A stretch of 64,000 nt of DNA from NCBI RefSeq assembly GCF_036321535.1, contig NC_087436.1, positions 15,128,001 through 15,192,000 of the forward strand. The letters are read 5' to 3'. The notes below the pieces were generated by a model. That model was not told the DNA's origin. It saw only the letters and a list, made by a program, of their open reading frames with translations, and searched no databases. The translations under genes and the position numbers were made by a program. Of this stretch, positions 12,250-25,299 are shown piece after piece; within the stretch, counting starts at the first letter, position 1, and each line of letters starts with the position of its first letter. This DNA comes from Camelus dromedarius (lineage: Eukaryota).

Positions 12250-13200
12250 TGTTTTATTCCCTGAGCTCTGTCATGCTTTAGGATGCTCTCCTTGTTGCTT
12301 TTAAGCATAAATGATAATTTGACTGGATAGAAATATTCTAGCTCACAATTCTTTTCCTCTGTGGACATTGCCCTACTGTTCTCTGGCATTGGAAACTATG
12401 GAGAGAAGGCTGAAGCCCCTGGTTATTTCCCCCTTCTGCTTTTTCTGCTGTATGCCTGAAGAATGCTTTATCTTTGAAGTTGAATAGATTTATCATTTTA
12501 TGTCTCAACGCTGTTCATTCTGTATCAGTTTTGAGTAGCATGCACTGAACTTTCAGAGGGCTGATTCAGTTCCTCCCTCAATTCATGAAAATTTTCCTGT
12601 ATTATGTCTTTCCGTATTTTTTTCTGTTTCACTTGTTGGGTTCTTGTCAATGATATCAAAGACCTTTATACTCATCTTTTCATTTTTTCCTCTGCACTTG
12701 CTGTGATTATTTCAAGTCTTGTCATTAATATGATTTTTAGCTACTTGTACTATCTTTTTCTAAGAGTTACTTGAAATTTTATTTTGTCCCTTTAGCTCTT
12801 CAGTATCTCATTCCATCTCATTTTGTGTTTTTGTCATGTTATTTTGATCTTTTATTTAATCCATGTTTTTATTACATTCTTGTACAGTGCCATGTGCTTA
12901 CAAGGAAACATTTTTGCTATTTTGCTTTTGAGTTCTTCCAGACAGGATTGTTCACCTATCCTTAATGTGTATTTTTCCCCTTTGTGTGTTTTTACAGTGA
13001 CCATGCCATTTCTTTTTATCTTATTTATGCCTAATATGAGCAATTCTGACTGTCTATTGCTTCAATAAATACAGTGCAGATGAATTTTCCTTGACATCCT
13101 TCCTGCCTTATATAGAACCTTTTATCTTTGCTCAGATCTGCAGCTTGAGGACTGGATGTTATTTTCAAGCCCCCTTTCTGTAGCTTAATGATGTGGGGAT
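12250..13200 (-). mobile_element. Ancient L1/HAL1-like fragment (antisense)
   Basis: T-rich, highly diverged sequence with gataatttgactggatagaaatattctag, typical of antisense old L1/HAL1. It is the apparent target of the young L1. Confidence 0.5.
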
Positions 13201-13769
13201 GAGGAAGGGGCACAATTCAGCTGTGTCTGGGTGGGGTCCTTGTTTGGGGCCCAAAGTTTCACTTCTTTCTTAGATGCAGCTAACTATCTTTAACAGGAGC
13301 CTGGTCCATCTAACCAAGGGTGTAGGGCACTCCTCTGGGCTTCAGCTTGTTCCTGCAGTTCAACACACTGACCTGGAAGCCCTTCCTGCCTCAGACAAAG
13401 CCCCAAGGTCAGCACTGGGGACTCTTCTCTCAAGGACTTTTCCTGGCATTTTCCTGGAGTTGCTTACTCACTCCCCCTCCTCTCAACCTGGTTCTCTTGA
13501 AGCTGGAGCATAGTAATGGGAGTCCTCAGGATTTCATTAATAGGCCATCTCTCCTCTCCATGGCTTTGGGGCCTTGGGGGTGGGTGATGTGGGATTAGAA
13601 GCCCCACTCAGCTCAGCTCCAATAGCATCCTCTGTTTCTTTTTGTGGTTCTCACTTCGTGATGCTTGTAGCACAAAGTTGTTCCTCTTTGCTTTTTTGTG
13701 TAGTGCTAGTAAATATCTCTCCCTCTCTCTCTCTTTCTCTCTCCCTTCCATCTCTCTCCCTACCCACCT

Positions 13770-13985
13770 CTCAAGAGAACATCCCCTACTCTTTGAGCAG
13801 TCTCTCCCCATTCTCTCCTCATACCAGCCCCTTGCAACCACCAATTTCCTTTCAGTCTCTATTCTAGACATTTCATGCATGTGGAATCTTACAACATGTA
13901 TCCTTTTGTGTTTGTCTTCTTTCACATAGCATGCTTTCAGGGTTCATCCATCTTGGAGCAGGTGTCAGAATTTCATTCCTTGGGT
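13770..13985 (-). mobile_element. L1MB-like 3' fragment
   Basis: ccagccccttgcaaccacca...tattctagacatttcat...cagggttcatccat...gtcagaatttcattcctt. Confidence 0.8.
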
Positions 13986-13999
13986 GGCACAATCATCTT

Positions 14000-14325
14000 T
14001 AATTCTGTGAATCTCCCACATTTTGCTGGTGGCCCCTTCCTTCATCTTCAAAGCCAGCGATGTAACTCCTCTCTGCCTCTGCTTCAGTTGTCACATCGCA
14101 CCTGGTTTTCTTACTGCAGCCAGGAAAGGTTTTCCCATTCTAAGGATTCATGTGATTAGGCTGGGAACACTTGGGTAATCCAAAATAATCTCTTCATCTA
14201 AAGGTCCCAAACTTAATCACATCTACCAGCTCCTATTCTGGGGTACTTTCCAGTACATTCTGTCATAGGGTATGGAGATTAGGGTGTGGACATCTTTGAG
14301 GGGGCGGTGCTATTCTGCCCACAGT
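14000..14325 (-). mobile_element. MaLR LTR (MLT1C/D-like)
   Basis: catcttcaaagccagc...taaggattcatgtgattagg...gtaatccaaaataatctc...ttagggtgtggacatctttg...tattctgcc. Confidence 0.8.
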
Positions 14326-14349
14326 AGACATGCCAGCTAACAGTGATAA

Positions 14350-14610
14350 TGATAATAATAGTAATAATAATAGCTAACGTGTATGGAGAGGTTACCATGC
14401 GCCTGGTACTCCTCTAAGAGTTTCTTGAATTCACTTATTTAGTCCTCACATTATTCCTATGAGATAAGAGCTACTATTACTCCCACTCGTAACAGAGGAG
14501 GGTGCTGAAGTACAAAGAGGGAAAATGACTCGTCTGAGGCCTCCCAAGAGGTAAACAGCAGCACAAGGATGTTAGCCCAGACATCTAGCTCCGGAGCTTC
14601 TACAATTAAA
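14350..14610 (-). mobile_element. MIR
   Basis: aataatagctaacgtgtatggag...tttagtcctcaca...ctatgagataag...tattactcccac. Confidence 0.8.
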
Positions 14611-14971
14611 AAGCAGTCCTTCTACTTAATAAGATTGGAATCCCTACCCTAAGGGATAAAGCCTTTCCTAACCAGGTCCTGCGTTAGGTCCTAGCTGGTC
14701 CTCCGACCCCTCAGGCGTGGCTGTGCCCTGGGGAGGAAGGTGGTCCCGTGCGGTGTGGGCTCCAGGGCCAAGTTGGGAGTGGACTCCACCAAGGACAGTC
14801 AGGAGCCCTTAAAATTTTGTGGATTTTGACATGATATTTGTGGTCATTTTTGTATCTAGCCATTGATTGAAAAGTATATAATGGTAGAAGGGTACATTAA
14901 ATACTGAAACTTGTTTAATAAAATGATCTTATTGATTAGTATATTCATATATTTAAATTAAGAAAGATCTA

Positions 14972-15350
14972 CAGTCCCTTTATCCATAATCCTGAACTTC
15001 TTAAAACAATAAAAATAGGGTTGGTTTGGGGTTTGGTTTTTTTTTTGTTTTGTTTTGTTTGTTTTTTTTTTTGGTAAGTTTGTGACAAACTAATTTTGGA
15101 GGCAAAAAAAAAAACCCAACTGAACTATGAAGCTATTTATAGTCTTTCTTTATCCCGTTAGTAGTGAACATTTCCATATTTAATTGCAGAACTATGAAAG
15201 TGCTCGGTTATAGGGTACTGCCCAGACTTGGCTGGGAATGGTATAAATACATGGTAGATACATCCTGTTTCCTGACTTCTAAAACGTGAAATGTCTGACT
15301 TCCAAAACACATTTGGCCCCAAAGGTGTGAAATACATACTTGTGGACCCG
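14972..15350 (+). mobile_element. MER46C-like Tigger MITE
   Basis: Close to the remembered MER46C consensus (cccttatcc...gctatttatagtcttt...acacatttggccccaaagg...ttgtggacc). Contains an internal T-rich expansion. Confidence 0.8.
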
Positions 15351-17180
15351 AGGAGATATTTGTATTAGAAATATTACTCATTTAGTCTATAATCAGTGGC
15401 TAGTGTACTCATGAATCTATTGACACGTGGTAATAAGTTTCTGCACCTGCACACCAAGCTTGCTGCCCTGCTTCGCAGGTTCACCTGGGATCTTTGTCCT
15501 AATTTTAAAAGTCTGACCTAATCTAGGAACTATCTCATCTCCTAGAGGCCTGTTTAAAATAAATACTTTACTAGTCCAATATACTTAATGGAAACATTTC
15601 AATATAATAAGAAGCCAGCATGATACAGCTACAGAATAACACAGGATGGCTGGTAATTTCCATGTGGAATTGCAGAGAAGAGTGAATGCAGATTGTTTAT
15701 TACAGCATGCTCTAAAGAGAATGACAAAAAATCCTTCTCTGGCTTGGGAGGCTCTTAGAAACACCAGTCCTTTGGAGCAAAGCAGAGAGAGAGTGCCCCT
15801 GGATGGCGGGGAATCCTGGAGACGGGTTCTCCTCACCATCTCATGCTGGGTGACAATGCACGCGGTGCCTGCTGCTCTGGGCCTCCGTTCCTCCTACCCC
15901 CATAAAGGGAGATGGTTTGATGAGCTTGGCAAAACGAGAGCCTGTGGTCGGAAGAAGTGTTCTTCCATGGGGCAGAAAGGCATTTAGGAACACAAGTTCG
16001 AACAGCATTCCAGACCTCATTTTTAACCCAGGTTAGCTGCCTGTAGAATGAAATGCATGTTTTTTAGAGATAAAAATGTAATATTAGTACCAACTATCAG
16101 CTCATAAATATACGCTCATTTATATGCGTGTCATAACTCATAAATAACCAAAGGAATCAACAGTTTATCAAATGTTCATCTGAGGTCAGTGAGTGGAAAA
16201 ATCCCTCCTGCTTTTCCTGGGACTGGGGCTTGAGAAGTCAGCCCTGCTCAGAGCTGACCCCAGTGATGAACTCATTAACGAGTACTTGCTATGCATGGGG
16301 TGCTGAGCTGGGGAGGGGAGACGGAGTGGAGGAAAGTCTGGGTTCTGCATTTATTGGCTCGTGGTATCGGGTAGCTGTCTGCCTGTCACTGCACAGTAGT
16401 GTGCTGCCCCCCTAGGTCTGATGATGATGGAGGAAGTTGCTGATTGGCCTGTCGCTTGATTCCCACTCCTTTTGGATGTATCACAAATAATTAAGGTATA
16501 GTGGTGATAGGTCAAGGCAGGGAATTATTCCGGAAAATGGAGTTGTTTATTTTTCACCCCAGCAGAATGCTGACTTTAAACTTACCATATGAATACAGGA
16601 AAACACCGCATTCAATGGCCTCTACATAGAGCAGCAGACTGCGCTCAGGGATTATAGCTCCAACCATCAGACCCAACTGACCTTGCACCTGGCAGCAAGC
16701 TCAGGGCCTCTCAGAGAGCCCAGAGGTGGCTGGACCCCGGCTTCCTTGGCCATGTCTGTACCCTGCCCAGAATTAGCAGACAACATCTGCTGCCCCAGAT
16801 TATGATTCAGGGCCAGCGCTAGCACCCTCTGCATGCACTCCGCAGCCACAGAGGGAGAATCAGGCCCTGGTTTCCAGCCAAGAGGCCTCCCTGAGAGGGT
16901 TGCCCATTCAGACGAGCAGATGGCGGGTGAGGCAGGCTGAGTTGTGGAGGCACGTGGCTCTCTCGGCTCTCTGAACTTGTGATTGCTGGCAAACGGGGAC
17001 CTGGATGTGCATTTGGGAATGACGGCCAGCTGAGCAGAAGAGTCCCTGGCCAGGCTGGAACCATAGAGCCCCTGCTGCTCCCTCCCTTACTGTGTCTTTC
17101 CTGTGCTCTGTTTTCCAGGTAGATGGACAGTATCACTAGCTCCCAGTACCAGCTCTTACTGCTAAAGATCAGTTACTGGA

Positions 17181-18426
17181 AAGACCAGATAATATGAAAC
17201 TCCTAGAGGAAAACTTAGGCAGGATACCTTTTGACATAAATCACAGCAATATTTTTTTCAAACCAGCTCCTAGAGTAATGAAAATAAAAGCAAAAACAAA
17301 TGGGACCTAATTAAACTTAAAAGTTTTTGCACAGATAAGGACACCATCAACAAAATGAAAAGACAACCTACAGAATGGGAGAAAATATTTGCAAATGATG
17401 CTTCTGACAAGGGACTAATTTCCAAAATATACAACCAGCTCATACAGCTTAATATCAAAAAATAAGCAACCCAATCAAAAAATGGGCAGAAGACCTAAAT
17501 AAACATCTCTCCAGAGAAGACATCTAGATGGCCAAGAGGCACATGAAAATATGCTCAACATCACTAATTGTTAGAGAAATGCAAATCAAAACTACAATGA
17601 GGTATCACCTCATACCAGTCAGAATTACCATCATTAAGGAGTCTACAAATAATAAATGCTGGAGAGGGTGTGGAGAAGAGGGAACCCTCCTACAATGCTG
17701 ATGGGAAAGTAAATTGGTGTAACCACCATGGAGGACAATATGGAGGTTCATTAAAAAACTAAAAATAAACTTACCAAGTGATCCAGCAATCCCACTCCTG
17801 GCCAACTATCTGAAGAAAAATATAATTCAAAAAGACACATGCACCCAAATGTTCACAGCAGCACTATATACAATAGCCAAGATATGGAAACAACTTAATA
17901 TCCATCTACAGATGACTAGATAAAGAAGTTGTGTTATATTTATGCAATGGAATACTACTCAGCCATAAAAAGAATGAAATAATACCATTTGCAGCAACAT
18001 GGATGGACCTGGAAATCATCATTCTAAGTGAAGTTAGGCAGGAAGAGAAAGAAGAAAACTATATGATATGACTTATATGTGGGATCTAAAAAAAAAAAAA
18101 GACACAAATGAACTTATTTACAAAACAGAAACAAATCCACAGACACAGAGAACAAACTATGGTTACCATGGGTAAAGGGAGTGGAAAGGGATAAATTGGG
18201 ATTTTGAAATCTGCAGACTAACTACTATATATAAAATAGATAAACAACAAGTTTATACTGTGTAGCATAGGGAACTATATTCAATATCTTGTAGTAACCT
18301 ATAGTGAAAAAAAATATGAAAACAAATATATGTACATATATGTATGACTGAAACATTATGCTGTACACCAGAAATTGACACAACATTGTAAACCAACTAT
18401 ACTTCAATAAAAAAAAGAGTTGGAAA
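17181..18426 (+). mobile_element. 5'-truncated L1 (ORF2 C-terminus plus complete 3' UTR and A tail)
   Basis: Collinear with the L1 at 11.07-12.23 kb and ends in acttcaataaaaaaaa. Degenerate TSD aaagatcagttactgga (17164-17180) / aaagatcacagttacttgga (18427-18446). Confidence 0.95.
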
Positions 18427-18456
18427 AAAGATCACAGTTACTTGGATCTGTGCTAG

Positions 18457-18977
18457 TGTTGCAGCGAAACAACATGGTCATGTCCCAGATCTTGGGTGAG
18501 TCCCTGGGATGCCCCAGCATGTGAGAGTCCTTGGCTTCTCACAGGAAAGGATTCAAGAATTAGCTGAAGTAGAGTAAAAGATTTATTCAGGGAGATACAC
18601 ACTCCATAGACAGAGTATGGGCTGTCTCAGAAGGCAAGAGGCCCCAGGGCACTGGGTTGTTAGTTTTTATGGGCTGGATAATTTCATAGGCTAACAAGTG
18701 GGAGGATTAGTCCAACTATTTGGGGGAAGGAGAGGGGATTTCTAAGAGTTGCCCCCCCCCCAACTTTTTAGCCTTTTACCATCAGCCTGGGAACTGTTAT
18801 GGGTGTGTCCTTTAGCAGTTAATGCATTACAATGAGCATATAATGAGGCTCAGGTCTACTGGAAGTTGAATCTTCTGCCATCTTGGGCTTAGTTGGCTGT
18901 AACCAGTTTATGTCCTATCCTTAATGGCTGTGTCATTCTTTTAGTTCCTGTGTCCTCCTCCCTTCCCTCCTGTCTCA
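18457..18977 (-). mobile_element. ERV1-class solo LTR
   Basis: TG...CA termini, 4-bp TSD ctag (18453-18456 / 18978-18981), and a minus-strand AATAAA near 18582. Confidence 0.85.
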
Positions 18978-21131
18978 CTAGATCTACCCATGCAGGTCAA
19001 GGTCCAAACGATTTGAGAAATCAGCACAGTGTATATGCAAAGCTCTGCTGCTCTCTCCTAGGGCCCCAGATCCCTTCCACTCTGAGGGGCCAAGCTGGGG
19101 CAGCACTCCAGCTCAGCACTGTTCGAAGTGCCCCTGCACGGCCTGGGTAATCCTCTACCTGTTACTGTTACCCAAGATCTCCAGCCTCCACCTCCCATCT
19201 CTTCTTACTTTCCACTTGTTTCAGGCTCCCGCCTCCCTCAGATACCCCCATTCTTTCCTTGTTCTTTTGTGTTCCTGCTCCAAGCCTGAGGCATTTGATG
19301 GAGAACTCATTCATTTACTGGAATCTGTGTGTGTGGCTTGAGTTCTTCCTCTGAGGAAGATTCACCTCTTATGAGAGACCTAGGGAGGAAGGAACCACTT
19401 ACTTGTAAGGAACAAACCACAAATGGTGGCATTTCAGTCTCTAAGGGAAATTATTTTTGGATCGGAGCTGCCCCATCTGAAATCCATCCAGACAGCTACT
19501 TGATCTGTTATGCATAAGATTGCTACCGGTTTGTTTGCAAAGTGAGGCTTGAAGACCTGGGGGGCTAAACCTACAGCCGTTCCTGCTCTGAAGCTGAGTC
19601 GCTGATGGTGCCTGTGACCCTGAACTGCAGTGGCCTTCGGAGGACTCAGAGCTCCTACATCATGTGGACCATGTCTGCCTCCTCTCTCCTCCCAGGCAGT
19701 CTCCTCCATGGATGCCCTCATAGGCAAAAGCAGCAGCACCTTTCTCTCCTCAGTGGTTACTCCAAGCCTAGCTCCTTCGGTACCGCACAGCAGTTGGGAG
19801 ACAGTGACAGAGGCTGCAGGATGGCCATGGATGACATGAGGAGGGCCGTGGTGGGGAGAAAAGAATGGTGTTACCAGTAGTGACGATCTGTAAATACCCT
19901 CCTTTCTGTACCCTCACCCATCACCCCCGATGTTGAACTAAGTGAATAAGAATGTGACGAGAACCAGAGATGAACTTGAAAGGGGGTTCTACTAAGCAGA
20001 TCTGAAGAAGAACCTGGTCCCCTAGAGTAATAGAGATGGCACTGAGAAGCTCTTCTCAGCAGCAGGCACTCCTGTGTTGGCAATCTGCGCTGACTAGAGA
20101 CGGTGAAATCCACCTCGATGGAGGTGGGGGCGGCCACACTGAACCTCAGCGCCTCAGGCAGCCAACACCTCCCCCCGACACCCACGACTTGCTCGGCCTG
20201 GACCAGACAAGGGGAGATTGGCCTTATCTTTGAGATGTGGACCTTCTGTGTCTGCACGCTGGACCCCCAGCATCCTGCTTGTTAGAGAAATGGCCGGTCA
20301 TTTTTCTCACCCAGCATCCCACCCCTGCTGAGTTCAAGGAGGAGTCCAAGGCAATGGGTGAGCAGCGCCCTGCTGTGGGCTGCCAGGAGTGTGGCGGGCA
20401 GACCTCCTGGCGGTGTTTTTGAAGGTTTGTTTTCTGCAGGATTTTTTTCCTCCTCTACCAGCCATTCTCTTTGTTTCAGGGAGTGACTCTCTGTGCTGGA
20501 TTTATTGGCTCTATCTAGAATCTATTTTCTCCAAAGACACTGCTGCAGATGCCCACTCTTTCATTCTATCCTGGGATGTGAAGAGATCTGAAACTGACAA
20601 GAAATGAAAGAAATTTAAAACCCAAGAGGGAATGGAGCCGCATAGAGCAGGATATTTGGGTTCTAAGTCAGATCCTTCCCATGAAAGCACTGCGGCACAA
20701 AGGAGGATTTCTTAAATCAATTTCCCTCACAGTCCAGCAAGAAAACCTGAGTAAGGCTCTCTCTTATGGGCACGTGATCGTTGCAATCCCCTCCTCCCTC
20801 TCTTTGCATAACAGGTTCAGCCCATTCGTGGGAAATTCCGAGCCATGGTGCATCCAGGAGGCAAATCTTTGATTTGTGGAATCCCACTCATTCATTCAGC
20901 AAACCTTTTCGTGTTTGGCCCCACAGATATGATTGGCTTGCTTCATGGGTTTGCAGTCAAATGAGGAGGACCAAACAAAAACCCAACACATTCAAGCCAT
21001 CATCACATCCAAAAAGGAACTCCAAGAATAACCTCAAATCTGTCCATTTGTCTCTGTCTTCATCAACATCACCCCCGTCAAAGCTATCATCATCTCCTCT
21101 TTGGACTGCAGTGATGGCCCCCTGAAGGACA

Positions 21132-21518
21132 CTGTATTACTGTCACCAAATTTTTCATTTTCTTTTCCTGCAGTGCCCCTCCCTCAAGGGGATACATTCC
21201 CCTCAGTTGAACTCAGGGGTGACCATACAGCTTGATTTGGACAATAAAATACAGGTAGAAGTGCTAGAGTGGCACATCTAGGCAGAAGTCTTTTAGAGCC
21301 AATACATGTTTCGCTATGTCCCCTTTCCTGCTATAGTGACCATCAGTGTTCACGATGTTGGCTGCCCAGATCCTGGAGTGAGTGGATATGGAACACAGCT
21401 CCCAGCTGACCTGCAATGGCTATGTAGCATGAGTGAAAGATCAAGTTTTGTTGATACAAGCCACAGGGACTTAGGGATTGCTTGTTACTGCATAACCTAG
21501 CCTATTCTGGCTGATACA
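21132..21518 (+). mobile_element. MaLR LTR (MLT1-type) nested in L2
   Basis: 3' end aagccacagggacttagggattgcttgttactgcataacctagcctattctggctgataca, with L2-like sequence on both sides. Confidence 0.8.
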
Positions 21519-22245
21519 CTTCCTAGATCATTTCCCTGTTTCCATCTTGCCCCACTCCAATCCAATCTGCAAGCAGCAGCCAAAATTAGCTTTGAAAAAC
21601 AAGCCAAACTTGCTAGAAGACTTTCACTGGGTTTCCACGGTACTCAGAACAAAAGCTGAGCTCCCTTAACACGTTTTGGCCGTGTTTTTTTTCTTCCTAT
21701 TACGTCGCTAGCAACTCTCCCATCAGTATCACCTTTCTCCCACACACACGTGTACCAGCCACACTAACCTTCTAATGTTCCTAAGAGGCCAGGCTCCTTG
21801 CCTCTGGGCCTTTCCATATATGCGTTTTTTCCAGTAAGAATGGGGAACACTACTTTTTATGTTGGCAGGATGCTTCTCAGACTTCTGATTTCAGCTTAAC
21901 TGTTACCTCCTCAAAGAGCTTTGCCCAGTTTTTTCAATTAAAATTAAGTACTCACTGTTTGCCTTGTCATTAACACCATGTTCTTTTCACTCATAGTACT
22001 TATTATGATCTGTAATCAACTATTTACACAGTTATTTCCTTTTATATTGTTCATCTACCTCCACTGAGGTATCAACTCCACAAGGCTAGGGCCCGTGATT
22101 GTTTTGTTCACAATGGCATCTCCAGCACCTTACACAATGCCTGGCACATATGTACTTATGGAATGAATTAATGAATTAACATACGTACTTATGGAATGAA
22201 TGAATGAATGAATGAACATTCGTATTTATGGAATGAATGAATGAG
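21519..22245 (+). mobile_element. L2 3' region with expanded tail
   Basis: catcttgccccactccaatcc...ttgttcac...catctccagcacct...tgcctggcacata...gaatgaatgaa. Confidence 0.85.
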
Positions 22246-22639
22246 CAAAATAACTGCTTCAGAGGCTTGATTAAAGTGGTAGTGTGGGTACCCACACAAG
22301 AGAAATATACATCAAGGGTAACTTCAAAGAGGAAGATAGTATGTAGGATGGTACAGATCTGAGCCAGAGAGGGTCTGAAATGGCAGGGGAGACCTATTTC
22401 AGGTTAAGGGACAGGGCTGCTTCCAGTATTAATCTATAATTTCAAGTCACACTTAAAGGAAGACTAGACTACAGATCAAAATCCCATGAAACCAGTCACC
22501 AGAGAGAATCCCCAAGAGGCACTTGGCCCCTCTACCCGTGCCAGCAAAGACCATCATCTTCTGAAGGACCGCAGGCAGCTCCTCTGTGCAGTAGTGGGCT
22601 ATTTTTGCTTGCCTGTCCTCTATTAAAATTTTTGCTAAC

Positions 22640-23640
22640 TAATGTACCCCCTCAACACATTTTAAAGTTAACATTTAAATTATGTATCATATATACTGTT
22701 GCAAAATTTTACATCATTCCTTTTTGCCTTTGAACTTTTATTTTCGTTCTACATCGCCCATGGATTTTCACCCTGATGTAAACTTCTTGGCAATAAAATA
22801 CCGATATATCGCAAACCCTAATAAATAATTATTAAATATAAAATTCGAATGTTATTAAAATTGCATCTTTCAATGGGAGGGAGGAAGCTTCTCTTTTCAA
22901 TTAGCTGGCACTCCATGAATAAACATTACTTTTTGCTAGAAAAAGACGACTTCAGCAACAATTCTATTTCCACTTACTCTTGTTTTAAAATGTAATTGCC
23001 GAGATACTTTGCTCACATAAACACATAGATGGGCACGCGTGGAAAGCAAATCGTTTTTAGAGGCACTCCTAATTTCTTTGAATTCTTTCTGATTCTTACA
23101 TCAAAAATAAAAAAGAGATCTATCACCACAAATTATTTTTAATGTCTGAGAGCTGACAACTCGATTAGGTCTTCCTTCAATTTTATTGAAAGCAAAGAGT
23201 TGAAACCCACCCAAGTTTCAAAAAGGATTTTTACCCAGTCAACCATCCTCTTTCTTAAATGCTGAAATGTATATCACAATGTGTCTACCAAGCCTTATCA
23301 AATGACAATCACTTACACATTTTATTCTTTCACTTAAGGGCACCTTGTTTAACTGATACATAAAAGATTGGAAAAATCAGTTTTTGCTTATTTCATTAGG
23401 CCTTTTCCAATATAATATTTTTGTTAAATGCTTTAAAATTATCACATGCTTCAAATATATTTTAACACAACTTTGGAGCTATACATTAAACTCATTCAGT
23501 AATAAAAAACGTCTGCCATATAAACAGTCTTTGTTGTCAAATCAATCAGCCAAACCAGGGTTACTGTCTGTCAGAATAGATCTCATTTCATTGATTAATC
23601 CAAATAAACATGATAAGACATGTTGCTATGACCACCATCC
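22640..23640 (-). mobile_element. hAT/Charlie-type DNA transposon, decayed transposase C-terminal half
   Basis: Minus-strand translation shows ordered hAT motifs with stops and frameshifts: VLSCLFGLINEMRSIL, YMADVF/LNEFNV*LQ (cf. LAYLADIF..LNELN..LQ), DWVK/NPF (1-nt frameshift) and PSMCLCEQSISA (22997-23032; cf. PTTYLCExGFS of the dimerisation domain). Confidence 0.8.
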
Positions 23641-24534
23641 ACCACAGGTAGAGATAACACTCCCAACCTTGCCATGGAATGAGACTCTGCCTTCACTTTG
23701 CCTTATCAAAAGTAATGGGGAATCTCCTCCACAGAGAATGTTTCTTTGATGATATCTGCAGTATGGGAAAGAAAAGGTCCTTTAAAAATGTATTGTATTT
23801 CAAAAAAAAAAAACATATTTCTAACTCTCTGTTTGGCGATGTAAGGGTTTTTACATCCTAGGCAATGCATCATAGTGCAACTCGGGTTAGATGAGAGATA
23901 AATGCATCTCTAAAGAAGAAGGAAGACTAGGAAAGGGAATGTGGAAGGGAGAAACAGTCTTGTTATCAGAGCTCCTCTGTTCAGTTTTAGAAAGAGTACA
24001 TACGAACGTTGAGGATCCAGACATACATTCCCTTTAAATCTAGGCATGCCTGTGTCTCTCTTGTAAAGTCTTTGTCTAACCCCAGATGAGAGCACCAGTG
24101 CCCTGTTGCTCCTGGGAGAGGTCTACCTTGGGCTGCAGACTGAACCAGATTCTCCCCTATGATGGATCCAAGCAGCTGGGGATGATGAAGGACCAGCCAA
24201 AGGTCCATGCCGCTCCTGCCTCTCATCTCCCGTGTCCAGAACCTGGGCAGTGGCCATAGGAGAGGGGAGTGCCATGGGACCTCTTACTGCTGCCAGTGGG
24301 AAGCAGTTATTCTGCACACTGAGAGATTGCTCCTTGTTGGGATGGCTAAAAGGGCGAGTGTGCTGGCCTCTTGGCACCTATTTTCAGCTCAAAATAAACC
24401 CATGTTCTAATTTTACTTTCCAATACTTAGTCTAAATGAGTCAAAGCAATTTGTTTCAGTAAATGTCAGCTTTGCCCAGAAACTAAGTCAAAGTGGGATA
24501 CAAAATGGAACCTAGATTTTTCATTTGTTTAGTA

Positions 24535-24720
24535 ACTGACTGTTAACCATGTAGATTTGATATGCAAACACTTTACATAATAATGTTTAAGCCTCTCCTC
24601 ACAACAGTCCTGCAAGGAAGCAACGAGAGCTCTCCTCATCTAGTTGAGAAAACTGAGGCTCAGTGTGGATTCATGCTAGCCTGGGGCAGACTCAGGTTCC
24701 CAAAGCCTTTGCAGTCTTCA
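24535..24720 (-). mobile_element. MIR
   Basis: ctcacaacagtcctgcaagg...gagaaaactgaggctcag. Confidence 0.7.
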
Positions 24721-25299
24721 CCGTGCCCCGCTGCCTGCAGACCCTTTGGCCACCATTCCCACTGCTCACAGGAAATGCAGCCTCAACGCTAATAAGCAGT
24801 TGATACATTTTTTTCTGTGTTCTGTGCCGATTATTCAGGGTTATGAGTCATGTCCCAATTAACTACAGAAATTGGCTAGCGTGGAGAAATTAAAATCATA
24901 CGTAATCCCCAAATCTCATGTTAGCCCACAATCTCCGCCTCTTATTTCCGAAGGACTTTTAGAAGAGTTCCTAACAAGTGACAACATTTGACAGGTCCTA
25001 TTTTCACCATCTTGCCTTTTCAACCCCATCCCTGAGTAGAGATAGTAGCTTACACAACAGGAATTTGAAAATCAAACAGAGCAGGAAGAGGGAGAAGAGA
25101 ATCTGGGGGCTTAAATGACACCTGTAGATGAGCAAGATGGCAGCTGTGTTGTTAGTCTGCACTTTGGCACTTTGGGTTATCTCCAATTCTAAAGTGTATC
25201 TTCAGTTAGAATGCACAATCAAATGCACCGATGACAACCATCGAGTCTATATCTCAAACTGCTGAGCGTTGACTGAGTCCCAGATCATAGCCAGGGACC

